Of a DNA stretch of 64,000 bases, positions 24,301 to 35,969 are shown piece by piece; the first letter of the stretch is position 1, and every line of letters begins with the position of its first letter. The stretch is taken from positions 1,860,001 to 1,924,000 of the forward strand of contig CM068769.1 in assembly GCA_035084275.1 (NCBI GenBank), given 5' to 3'. The position numbers and the translations under genes are program-made. Origin of the DNA: Hydrolagus colliei (lineage: Eukaryota). A model generated the notes under the pieces. It worked only from the letters and a program-made list of their open reading frames with translations, had not been told where the DNA came from and searched no databases.

Positions 24301-25869
24301 TATGGGTACAGGTTTTTGGTTGAGGTGTGTGCGTACTTGTGTTGGGAGTGTTAACGGGGTTTGTGTGTTTGAGGGTTGTGTGTGTGAAGGAGGCTTGTGT
24401 TGTTGACGGGGTTTAGTTGTGTGAGGTGGTGCGTGTGTAAAGGGGTGTTGTCTGTAAGTGAGGGTTTGTGTGTGAGGGGAAATTTGTGTGTGTGAGGGTT
24501 GTTGTGTGTCAGGGATTGCGCGTGTGTGTGTGGGGGGGGGGGATTGTGTTCCTGAGATGGTGTTGAGTGTGTGAGGGAGGCATATGTGTTTGGAGTGTTG
24601 TGTTTGAGAAACAGGGAGGTATTGTTTAAGTGAGGTGGGGATGTATGTGTGAGAGGAGTTTTGTGTGTTTAAGGGAGAATGTGTTGGAGTGGGTTCTCTG
24701 TGTGGGATGTATGTGAGATGGGTGTGTAGTAGGCTTGGGTGTGTATTTGGTGGTGTGGTTCGTTGTGCGCATGTGGGAAGATGTGTGTGGGCGGGAGGGG
24801 TTTCTGTGGAGTGTATGCAGGTTGTATGCTTGTGGGGATGGAGTGTGTGTGGGGCTGTTGTGTGGGATGGGTGTGCATGGGTTTGTGTGTATGGGTTGTT
24901 TGAGGAGCATGTATGGGTATATGATGTAGTGGTGGGTGTGTGTGGAGGTAGGTTTTTGTGGGGGGACTACAAGTTGGTGCATATGTGTATTTGTGTGAGG
25001 GAGCGTGTATAGGGAGGATATGTGTGTGTGAATGTGTTCCCATTGAGTGTCTGTGTCTGCGTTTCCTGATGACCACAAGCACGTGCATGTGTGCGAGAAC
25101 CAAAGAGAAACAGACACAGGGGCATGTGAGGGTGTGTGTGTGTGTCTCCCTCTCTCTATCTGTATGTGTGTTTCTCCCTCTCTCTCTCTCTCCCACACGT
25201 TCAGCATGTGTGGCCTGTGTGTATGTGTCTCCCTCTCTTTCGATTTGTGAGTCTTGTGAGACTATGTGTTTTGGTATGACTCTCCACTTGGAGACTATGA
25301 GTTTCATTCCCTCTGTGTGAATATGTATGTGTGTCTCACCTCTCTATCTGTATGTGTGGGTATGTCCTCCACTCTCTCTGTATGTGTGTGCTTCCCCGAT
25401 CTCTCTCTGCATGCGTCTCCTCCATCTCGCTCTATAAGTGTGTTTTTAACCTCTACCCACCGCCCTCTCTCTCATTATATGCTTGCATCCCTTTCCCAGT
25501 GTGTTTAAGGCCCGTGAGTGTGTTGCTCTCAGTATAGGAGGCTGCGAGTATATTTCCATGTGTGTCTCCATCTCTCGGGTTTGTTTGCGTGCCCCAGAGA
25601 CACCGTGTTTTACACAGACTGTGGTTGTCTCTCCACGTCTGCACGTTTCTCCCTCTGTGAGTGTGTGTGTGTGTGTGTGTGTGTATTTCAGGCTGCTGTG
25701 TGATCTCTCTCTCTTCCTGTATATGTCAGGATATATAAATATGTATCTCTTTCACACATCTATGTATATATGTATATCTCCCTCTCTGCCACATTCTCTC
25801 CCTCTCCCTGCCTGTGTGCTTCAGACTGTAGAGAACTCTCTGTGTCTCACCTTCTCTCCATTGTCTCTG

Positions 25870-26420
25870 TCGCTGCCATTTCGGACTTCAATCACGTGAC
25901 GGGTTCAAGCAGATTCATGAAGCAGCTTGTCTCACGCCCACCCGTGACGTCAGCACCTAACCGATCTACTCTCCCCCTACACGCCCACCCGGACCCTCCG
26001 TTCAACAGGACTTGGCCTACTCCAAGTCCCCCGCCCGAACCGCCCCACCATCGGAGACCGGGCCTTCAGTTTCTCCGCTCCCACCTTATGAAATGCCATC
26101 CCTCAATCCCTGCGTTTCGCCTCTTCCGTTTCCTCTTTCAAGGCCGGTTTGAATACTTTCCTCTGCGATCGTACCTTTTGTTCCACAACGAACTCTTTTA
26201 CCTCCCCTTCGTGTTTCACCCCTTCCCAAACACTTCACTCCCAGCTCGGGTCACACGCCTCTAGTTCAGCGCCTTGCGACGTCCTCCCGACGTGAAAGGC
26301 GCTCTATAAATGTAATTTGTTGTTGTTGTTGTTGTCTCCTCCATCCCCCGCTGAGATGGACAGTCGCGTTTCCCTGGTAACCGATGATTGGCAGAAGAGG
26401 CGGGGAGACACGCCCACATA
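25870..26420 (-). promoter_or_regulatory. Promoter-like cassette 2 (single X-box/ATTGG/GC-box unit, CRE and E-box), split by an L2 insertion
   Basis: ccctggtaaccgatgattggc...gacacgcccac at about 26370-26415, TGACGTCA at 25945-25952 and TCACGTGAC near 25893. Confidence 0.4.
25955..26335 (+). mobile_element. L2-type LINE 3' fragment with (TTG)n tail
   Basis: Same family as 40040-40745. Confidence 0.8.
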
Positions 26421-26958
26421 CAATAGCTTATACAGTATGCATAAGTGTTTGTTTCGGTAATGTTATTATTGCTTCTGTTTTATTACTGTTTCGGTTAAGG
26501 CTGCTGTTGTTATTGTTAATCTCAGTGAAGTCTAGAGCTCTTCGGATTCTGCCCCGGCGGGACCTTCTTCAACAAAGAGCTCTCCGGAAATTCTGCCAGG
26601 GCAAGAAATAATTCAAAGACAACAATCGCCTATTACTGTGGTTCTCTTGTTGTTTGCAGTGTTTTATAAGGTGCTGCGTTTTTATTTGTGGTGTTTTATA
26701 ATGAGTTTGACAACTAAGAATAAAAACAAAATTCAACCAACAATCTATCATCAGTTATGTTCCAGCGTTAAAGATTGAGATCAATGCACCGGTCTTTAAC
26801 AGTGGTATGTGACAATGCGATTCTATGTGAGAGATGTGAGTGCGTGGTGTATAGTGGATGAGTGCGTCTGTGTGGGGACATATTTACGTGGGATATGTGT
26901 GTGAGGTATGGTTGTGTGTGTGGTCGGTGGCGGGGTGATTGATTAAAGCGTTTCTGTG

Positions 26959-26997
<39 letters not shown>

Positions 26998-29499
26998 GTG
27001 TTTGTCGGAGAGTGTGTGTACGAGCGGAGGTGTATGTGTCTGAGGCTTGTATCAGTCACAGACAAGGAGAGAGATACCGTAACTTGTGAGTGTATATATG
27101 TGTGTCTCTCTGTCTTTCTGTTTATGTGTGTGTGTCCCTTTCCCCATGTGTTTGTGCATCTCAGAGTCACATGGTCAGATACAGAGGACTGAGTGTGTTT
27201 CTCTCCCACTTTCACTTGGGCACACAGAGTCAGACACAGATGCCTGTATTTGAGAGATGCTGAGTCAATCTATCTCAGTCTATAGATTGGATTTCACTGT
27301 TTCTCTCACTCTCTCAATGTGTACATAGACACATTGAATCGGAGGGAGGGGATTTGTAAGTATGTCTGTGTCTTTCTCTGTGTGACTCATTCTCCCTCAG
27401 TGTGTATCAGTACCCCAGAGAAACGCAAAGGCCAATGCATTTGTTTGATACTAAATAGTGGGTGAGTTGCCTCTCTATATTTCTCTCGCTGTTACCTTCA
27501 CTCCCTCTCTCCCTCAACTTCTGTCTTTCCACATTCACTTACTTTATCTCTCTGTGTCTGCCTTTCACTTTCTCTCTCGTTCCTCCTCTCCATCTTTGTT
27601 ACATTCTCTCTCTTTCACATTTCCTCGTACTCCATCTCACATTCTCATCTTCTCTCTCAATTCTCTCTTTATTTCACTTTCTTTCTCTCTCCTTCAAACT
27701 TATCTCTCATCTCTCACGTTATCTCTCTCTCTCTCTCTTTCATCTTCACTCACTCTCTCTCTCACGCTGTATACCTCTCGCGCAACTCCTCTCTTTGGCT
27801 CTTTCTCTCACATTTTCTCTTTCAACTTTATTTTTTTCTCTCTCTCCCTCTCTCATTTTCTCTCTATCTCTTTCAACTTGTCTCGATTATCTTCTCTCTC
27901 TGTCAGCCACCTTCTCTCTCTCATCCTCACTCTCTCTCTCTCTCTGTCGCCTTTACTTTCTCTCTCCTTCGCATGTTTCTCTCACACCTACGCTATTTCA
28001 CCATCTCTCTCTCAAACTCACTCACTCACTCACTCACTCATTTACTCAGTCCCTCCCTCTCTCTCTCACTCCCTCCCTCCCTCTCTCTCACACTCCATCC
28101 CTCCCTCACTCACTCACTGAATCACTATCAGTCACCTCCTCTCTCACACACACCCACCTTCTCTCACTTTTGTGCTCAGTCGGTCGCCTCCACCACGGAC
28201 ACATGACTCACGTAACAGGAAGACTGTATCTCAGGCACTGAACTGAAAAGAGAACTGGAATGCTCATCTCCATTCACAATGCACAGACAGAGGTGTCGTC
28301 GTCAATCCGCCATATTACATAGTCCTCGAATACAATATTCAGGTATACAAGGGGTGGGGGAGAGTGGGAGGGGGGGCGAGGGAGGGAGAGAAAGGGAGAG
28401 AGGGGGAGAGACAAGGGGACAGGGAGGAGCGGGGCAGAGAGTGAGATACCGGGGAGAGATACAAGGGGGCAGAGAGGGAGGTGGGGCAGAGAGACAGGGG
28501 GAGAAGAGAACCAAGGGGACAGGGAGGGAGGGGGTTGGGGAGAGAGTGTGGGGGAAAGTGATAGTATACAATATGTATGATAGATGGATAGATGGATAGA
28601 TGGATAGATAGATAGATAGATAGACGGACGGACGGACTATCTCCCCCCTCTCCCTCTCTCTCCCTTCTCACACTCTCTCCCCTGTCACACTCTCTACCCG
28701 TCCCCCTCTCCCTCTCTCTCCCCTGTCACACTCTCTCCCCTCTCTCTTTTTCTCTCTCCCGTATCCCTCTCTCTCCTGTCACACACACTCTAGACGCATC
28801 GAGGACTAACCAAAATGTCTATCTCGGAAAATCAGTAGCGACACTTTGTGGAGTAGATGAGCATTTCATGTCTCTTTTCAGTTCAGTGATCATAGGTCGT
28901 CGCCGATTGATGACACGTTTTGTCTGCGCGACAGTTTTGTGTTTGACAGGAATTAAGGCACCACTCCCCAACCGGGAGCCGCCATTTTGTACGACACTGC
29001 ATATCCCCCGCCGCTGGTGGAGTCGCCATGTTGTACGGTACTGCACGCCCCTCCCCCCACCACCCACACGCCGCGCTGGGAGCCGTCATGTTGTTAGGCA
29101 GCAATTCGCCACCCCGCTTGGAGGGGAGCCGCCATGTTTTTTGGCACATCTCTTCCCACACCCCCCCCCCCCCTCATCTTGAATCCGCCATGTTGTACGG
29201 CATAGCTTCCTCGCTCTGTGTGTGTACCTCTTGGTGCGCACTCGCTCACCTGATTTCGTCAGCATTTCTGTGCTCACTTTCTGTGGTGAAAGTTTATTGA
29301 TCAATTGATCAAGCTACATCAAATGAGTTCTGCTGGAGTTATTGACAATTATTTTACCATCAGATTTCACTTCAAATATATACATTATATATGTCCAGAA
29401 GTTGTGATAAAGCGCTGTGTCAAATTCAAGGATTATTATTATTATATATATCTCCCAAACTTCCCCTTCGTCCCTCTCTCTCACCATAAATCATCACGT

Positions 29500-29965
29500 C
29501 GATTGTCTCAGTCTCAGTCAGGCCATCTCAGGTGACGTCAACACATCTAAAATGCCTTTCTGACTCAAGTGACCTCTGCTGCTCCCTCTCATTATCTCAT
29601 GAAAGGTCAACGCATCAATCTTCTTGCGCCCTCCTATGAGGTCAGATCAGTAGTCCAGCCGCGACTCGCTGGTATCCAATGATAGACAGGAGAGGGACCC
29701 GCCGACTGTCCTCCTGGTAACTAGAGATTCACAGGAGAGAGGGAGACACGCCCACGTTCTCCTTGGTAACCAGTGTTTGCCAGGAGAGAGAGAACCGCCC
29801 ACTGTGTCCCTGTTAAGCAGTCAATAGGTGGACAGAGAGAGACCCGCCCACTGTCTCCCAGGTATTCAGTCATTTACAGATTAAAGACCTGCCCACTGTC
29901 TCCCAGGCAACCAGCGATTGACAGGAGAGAGAGAGAGAGACTCGCCCACTGTCCTATTCATGTAT
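29500..29965 (-). promoter_or_regulatory. Promoter-like cassette 3: about 6 tandem units plus CRE
   Basis: Units (cccgcccactg...ggtaaccag...attg) are the reverse complement of those at 21.1 kb. TGACGTCA at 29533-29540. Confidence 0.5.
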
Positions 29966-31204
29966 TGTGGAGATTATTCTTCTGTGTGTGAGCTCTTTCT
30001 CCCACACATTTTCTATCACTCAGTAAAGTAGAGTGACTGTGTGTTTGGGGGGAGCGTGAAGTGCAGTGGCTTTCTGTTTGGTGTCTCCCTCACACACACA
30101 CACAGTGGGGCAGACTGTTGTGAGATGGATCAAGAATCACATCTTTAATAACCAGTCATTACAATGTACAGATTACATTACACTAACAATGATTATTATA
30201 CATTGTGTGGACAGTCACTGCTTCAGTCGCAGTCTCAATAACACACTCAGCTCAGCTGTGGATTCCCGCAGTGTCACCAACTTTCTCTGTCCTTCTGCAC
30301 TGATTCCACCTCCCAACACACATCCCTATCCACCAAGCCTGAAAAAAATTAAACAGCAAATAAAACATCGGATCACAATATAGACTGCAAACTCTTCACA
30401 TTGCAGGTTAACCAATCAATAAATCCCCACAAACTGTTTCCATCCGGATACCTAACTCGTTCTCTGTGTGTTTATCACATCAATCACTGGCAAAAACAGT
30501 CACCAGTTTCTCCCCAGGATGGTGCAGCTCCGCAAAAGCGGGAAAGATAGTGGATAGAGCCGCCTGTGAAAGCGTTAATCTCCAATCCCAGTTCCCTCAG
30601 TGAGCGGTTTGTACTGAGAGCAGAGACGAGATCATCAGTGCAGTCATCGCTCAGTCTGATCGAGCTTGGAGATCAGACACACAGATACAAAGCAGGGATC
30701 AATTCGAGGCGCAGGGACACAGAGAGTGTGCTAGGGAGGGAGAGGTTCAGTAACTGTTGGAGTATAAGCAGCTAAAGCTGCAGAACTTCGTCTGTGATGC
30801 CCTTTCTGGGACACCTCCCCCTGTTTCTTGGCTGGGATCCTCCTCCCAACCTGCAAATACTGTCGTATTAACAGGAACTGTGTGTGAACAATCTCTGCTC
30901 CCATTGATTTCCTCTCCACATCCTGTCACTGAGCCAGTCCTTGTACGTTAGGATCTCAGCATCATTATTACTGCCCACACCGGCTCTGGATAATAATAAT
31001 CGGAGTGTATATCCAGCTATTGAAAACTAGTCCACAGTCTGTTACTTAGTCCAGTTCCAGTATTCTACTCTCCGGCTGCCTCGGAGCCTCACAATTCTCT
31101 TTTCTCCAGAATCTCCCAGTTTACTGCCTGGATACAGAGACAGAGATACAGTGGATATAGTGTATCAATAAAATACACATTGGCAGTTATATACAGGAGT
31201 ATTT

Positions 31205-32200
31205 GACGTGGACCCACCCACCAAATATGTATTTCCATTACCGCCCCTCTCCGCATTCCGAAGTGATTTTTCCCTCCGGGATTTTTTGTTTCATTCCATC
31301 GTCAGCAACACCAGCTGCTCTCCATCCCGTGGCACCTTCCCGTGCCAACACAGGAGATGTAATACCTGCCCTTTCACCTCTACCCAAACCACAATCCAGG
31401 GACAAAACAGCTTCCATATGCGACAGGATTCACATGTTTTACCAACAATGTAGTATACTGCATCTGCTGTTCACGATGTGGTCTACGCTACAATGCGGCA
31501 GGCTAAGCGCAGATTGGGAGACCGATTTGCATTGCATATTCACTCTGTACGGAAGGTCAACCCTCATGTTCCTGTATCCCTCCATTTCAACTTCGCTCAC
31601 ATTCAGAGGATGGTTTTACCATCCACGGTTTACTGTTTTCCAGTGGCCCACAGTGAAAGCTTGATGAACAACACCTCATCTATCTTCTGGGGACCCTACA
31701 GCCCTCTGGCCTCAACATTCATTTCAGCCACTTCAGGCGAAATTCTCCCTCCACCATCACAATCGTTACCCAGACACCGCTTGCCTCTCTGGTGTTTTGT
31801 TTGTTTATCACCAATAAACACGCCTTCTCCCCAGTTTCGTTTAAACACAACCCCTATTTTTTCTCCCACTTACATCGTTATAAAATTTTCAATCCACCAC
31901 TTAACATACTCTTTTTCTTTATTTTTATTTGTCGTTTGACTTCTTTGTCTCATTTTTCTTCCATGCCCTGCCCTCTCAACCCCACCCACCAGCCCCACCC
32001 CCACCACCACTACGCTCCGCGTCTCTAACTTGTCCTTAATAACCTCTCCCTCCCAACATGCCCCAGTTCCGACAAAGGGTCGTGGAACCTAAAAGTTAAC
32101 TCCTTTTCCTTTTTCTATGGATGCTGCCTGTCCTGCTGACTTTTCCCACAAATACCTGTTTTTGTATCCGATTTCCATCTTCTGTAATATTGTATGTTTT
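31205..32200 (+). mobile_element. Penelope-like retroelement, GIY-YIG endonuclease 3' region and terminus
   Basis: Frame-broken translation GTFPCQHRRCNTCPF...NNVVYCICCSRCGLRY...KRRLGDRF..H...PVSLHFN, typical of Penelope endonuclease. Confidence 0.85.
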
Positions 32201-32490
32201 ATTTTATAGAAGCATGGTAGGAGCATCCACGATTACTTGACCCGCCGGGTATCGAATCAAACTCAATGGATTGTGACGTGAGTGCTCTACCGAGGATTTA
32301 CACAACTCTACTGTTTATTTTAACGCTGTGCATTTATGTTCAAAAACAAGTCTTCAATAGACAGCTTGGCTTGTGGTGAAAGCAGATCCTGTGAGACATA
32401 CATCACTGCGGGCAGAACGCTCGCTCCAATACTGCCTCACAAAGCCAGAGTAGTTATTGTACGAGTCTGTCACTGATTCACAACACTGTG

Positions 32491-33609
32491 GAGCTGAATG
32501 CACAGTAATACACAGCCGAGTCAGACAGCTCCAAATTGGAGATAGTTAAACCTGTGAATTTTCTTGAAGTCTGCAGCACAATCGAGAAACGAATTTGAGC
32601 AAAAGCTGATTTATCTTCATATGTAGTAGTACATCTCTGTAGGATATATTGGGGTTGACCCGCTATGAGTTGTCGATACCAGAATAAACAATAGTCTGTC
32701 AGTGATGTTGCATATTTATAATCCAAATTCATCTCTCCTCCTGCTGTCCCAGTCACCGAAGGCACCGACTGAGAAACAGAATCTCCGCGGATCATTTCTG
32801 AAAAACAAGTGTCAAACAGAACCAGCATTAACGAGATCCTGATAAACAAATTTTGGTAGTTTGGTGCAGCGTCTTAGCACGTAGTTCAGACATCTCAATT
32901 CCTTTCCATCGATATGCTGTAAAATAATTTAACTGTAAATATATTTTTGGTTAAAATGTGGCAGCTAATTTTGCACAGAAGTTTTCAAATAGTCGCGGAA
33001 TAATTGAACAATTTATCATTATGTTTGTTTTTTAAAGTATAACTAGCTCTTTTTAAAAGAGGGGTAGACATTTATTTTAGGAGGATGGGTTTTGCGAGGT
33101 TATGCTCAGCAAACTGGAGTGTGCGATTAAACTGCTCTTTTTAAAGTGCCAGCGCAGACTCGCTTGACGAAATGTCTTCCATTTTTGCCGTAAGATTCCA
33201 TGATTTTATCCCTCAAAACAATATACGTCAATCGACATATAGCGTGATTTCCTTACTGATTGCTAGGTAAATAGAGACGAGTGGAGTAATAACAAAATTA
33301 CGTTGAATTATGTCTAAAGTAAGGAAAGTTGCCGAATAATTTGCCTTACGGGAATCGAACCCGGCTTCTCTTTTTTGCGGGACTTTCCCTCCGAGCACTG
33401 CGCTACATGACTCCAATAATTAATTCCACAACCCTTTATTGTGAGGCGCTCTGAGAAGCTCTCCAGCGTGGAGGGCGCTCTACATATCGAATTTCGTATT
33501 GTTGTAAAAGCTGGTGAACAATGACTCAATCATTGACTATTTGACTCAATGGATTACCATTGGCTGTCAGAAAGGCAGCCAGTGAGACCCAGATCACAAA
33601 CCCCCCCAT
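32491..33609 (-). CDS. TCR alpha/delta-type V segment V1 (delta-like; open frame but Cys23>Tyr)
   Basis: Leader 33558-33609 (MGGFVIWVSLAAFLTAN) and V exon 32491-32797 (DSVSQ...MNLDYKY...YCLFWYRQ...LTISNLELSDSAVYYCAFS). 23-RSS: CACAGTG 32484-32490, ACAATAACT 32452-32460. Confidence 0.9.
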
Positions 33610-33934
33610 CCTAACAGCTCTATCTGAAGATGCGCATTATTTGTCTATAAGTTATTTATGGTCTTTGGCTACAGGTCCCGGAAGTGATGACGTGTGCTGT
33701 CATTTGCGTCGTCCAATGGGTAAAGTGGCAAACATCCACGTCAGGAACACTTACTCATCAATTACTTGTAGATGATAGTAAGAAACCGTACCAAGATACG
33801 ATCGTGGAGTATCACTGAACAGAAGGAAGCCAATGAGCCCCATTCACACAAATATGTGTTCCATTGTAAATAGCTGACCAATTGCTTTGTCAAATCGTAT
33901 TATGCAAATTCTGAAACATAACAGCAACAACTTC

Positions 33935-34285
33935 AACCACATTTCATCTGTAGAGCGGCTTTCGTGTCGGGGGAACACCAAAAGTCGCTGACCAGTTAGG
34001 TCGGGATACGAAATGGATGAGAGTGCTTCGAGTCAAGTGCAATGGGACGAATAGTGGGAAAGCGGGGAGAGCTAGTAGGGGAGGGAGAGTGCTGGCAGCG
34101 CAGGGAGAGAATTGGGAGGGGAGGGAGAGAGTTGGTAGTGTAGTGAGAGAGTTGGGAAAGGAGGGAGAGAGTTAGGATGGCACGGTCGAAGAGGAAGTTC
34201 TGGAGAACGGCCTTGAAGGAGGAAATTAGTGGAAGGGATTGCGGGATGGATTTCCAGATTATCTCTGGGTTAAAGTCAAGCGTCT
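33935..34285 (-). mobile_element. L2-type LINE 3' fragment
   Basis: IIWKSIPQSLPLISSFKAVLQNFLFDRA translation. Confidence 0.75.
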
Positions 34286-34619
34286 GGGTTAAAGCATACA
34301 ACTTCTGCATATTTTCTCAATTATCTGTAATCCGCTCAACAAATTCAGAAGCTGAAAATATATTAGGTCAGGTGTATCTCATTCAGCGTTTTCCCTTTTC
34401 TCTCCCTTTTCCCCAATAACATTCACGTCAACAGTACGCCCAGGGGCTCTGAAATAAGCGCAAAGTAAGCAAAGTTGGCTTTACACGCTTCAGTGACATA
34501 TTGTAAACATAAAGTGCATCTGTTAATGTTTAAGAGTTTTTATCGGAATAAAGTATCCGTTAAAATTACGTTTCACACACAAAACACGAAGGTCATATAA
34601 GTTTATGTCCCTGATGTTT

Positions 34620-35260
34620 GTACAGTCAAGCTTCACTGATACCAAGAGAAGTAAAATCTGTTGCCGGCTTATACATGGCTTCATCATATCTCGGCTCCAC
34701 TACAGAAAATCTCCACGTCGGCCTCCCCAGCTTCTCCATTCACAGGCTGCAGATCATTCAGAACTCTGCAGCGCCGATAATCTCCAGCTCTAGTCTCCGC
34801 GACCACATCACTGCCACCATGGTCAATCTCCTTTGGTTACACATCACCCAGAGGATGGAATTCATGATCCTCGTCCTCACCTTCATGTCAATTTACGGAC
34901 TTGCCCACGCCTACCTCTCCGACCAGATCAGCCTGCCCACCTCGTCCACTCAGCAGACTCTGGTCTACTCCGCGTCCACCGCCCTAGCCGCCTAACCATT
35001 GGTAGGCCGAGCTTTCAGTCTAGCTGCCTCCACTCTTTGGCATTCCATTCCGCAATCCCTTTGCCTCGCCGCCACCTTTCCCTCCATCAATGCCGGTCGC
35101 AAGAACTTCACCTTCGACCGCGCTTTTGGCTCACCTCCAAACTGTTCCCCCTCTCCCACTCTCCTTCCCCCGACCCTGATTCTGCCCCCACCCTAGCTCC
35201 GGTCCTGATCTGAATATTCAGCGTCTTGGGACGTCCTCCCGACGTGAAAGTGTAAATGTT
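34620..35260 (+). mobile_element. L2-type LINE 3' fragment
   Basis: IHRLQIIQNSAA...RDHIT...LLWL...GRAFSLAASTLWHSIPQSL. Confidence 0.85.
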
Positions 35261-35969
35261 AAAATGTATAATTCCCGTATCAATGTTTCTTTTTGCTGTT
35301 TTTTCTGCCAAATATGCAAAAGTATTGAGAAAGTAATATTAGATGAAGTATAAGTGGATGTATTATTCAGTTAATTTCACAGCGAATTCACTGAACAGTA
35401 CATTAAGTGTAGCATATTGAGGCGACTCGCAGCCATGATGAAGCTCTGTATCAAATATAATAATTATTGTTATTCATTTCACTCTTTCCCTACATGAACC
35501 AGTCTATCATTGCTTCTGTTTGTGGTTGGAAATCAGTCAAGAGGTTCCTCTGAGACACAGCGGCAGAGTCAACATTTTGTCAAATAGTTCAACAGTCAGT
35601 CCAGCCATCTGTGCTGAGATTAAACAATTTATCTCCTATTACCAGGTTAATGTAAAGTGGGGCAGACTGACAGCGGTCTGATTGTAACATGGCTTGTGTG
35701 GTCGCATGTTAACACGTGGCTGTGTTAGATGCAGCCACAGTGACAGTCAATCACTTCAGATGGTAACGTATAATGATGTGAGAGATTAGCTGAGAAGCTG
35801 ATGGGAGGGGAATGTGGTTTCCTCTTAGTCTGGCTGCTGAAGTACCTGCTCCCCGCAGGGCCTCAAGGCATGACCAAGACTCCGCACACGTTTCAAACAG
35901 ACGGATCATCCCTATGTATAAAATGAAGGCAGTTTTTGGACGAGCCCTGCAGTGTAGTCAACCACAGTG

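Larger units (their letters stand above)
19500..28800. repeat. Extended low-complexity block of degenerate (GT)n, (CA)n, (CT)n and (GATA)n tracts with diverged internal duplications
   Basis: Direct observation. The many ORFs predicted here are compositional artefacts. Confidence 0.85.

Noticed and set aside
19500-28800. Many 60-260 aa ORFs rich in H/T, V/C or S/L
   Set aside because: Translations of dinucleotide repeats with no domain signal.
30400-31140. Unique-looking sequence with short ORFs
   Set aside because: No recognisable domain or consistent splice structure.
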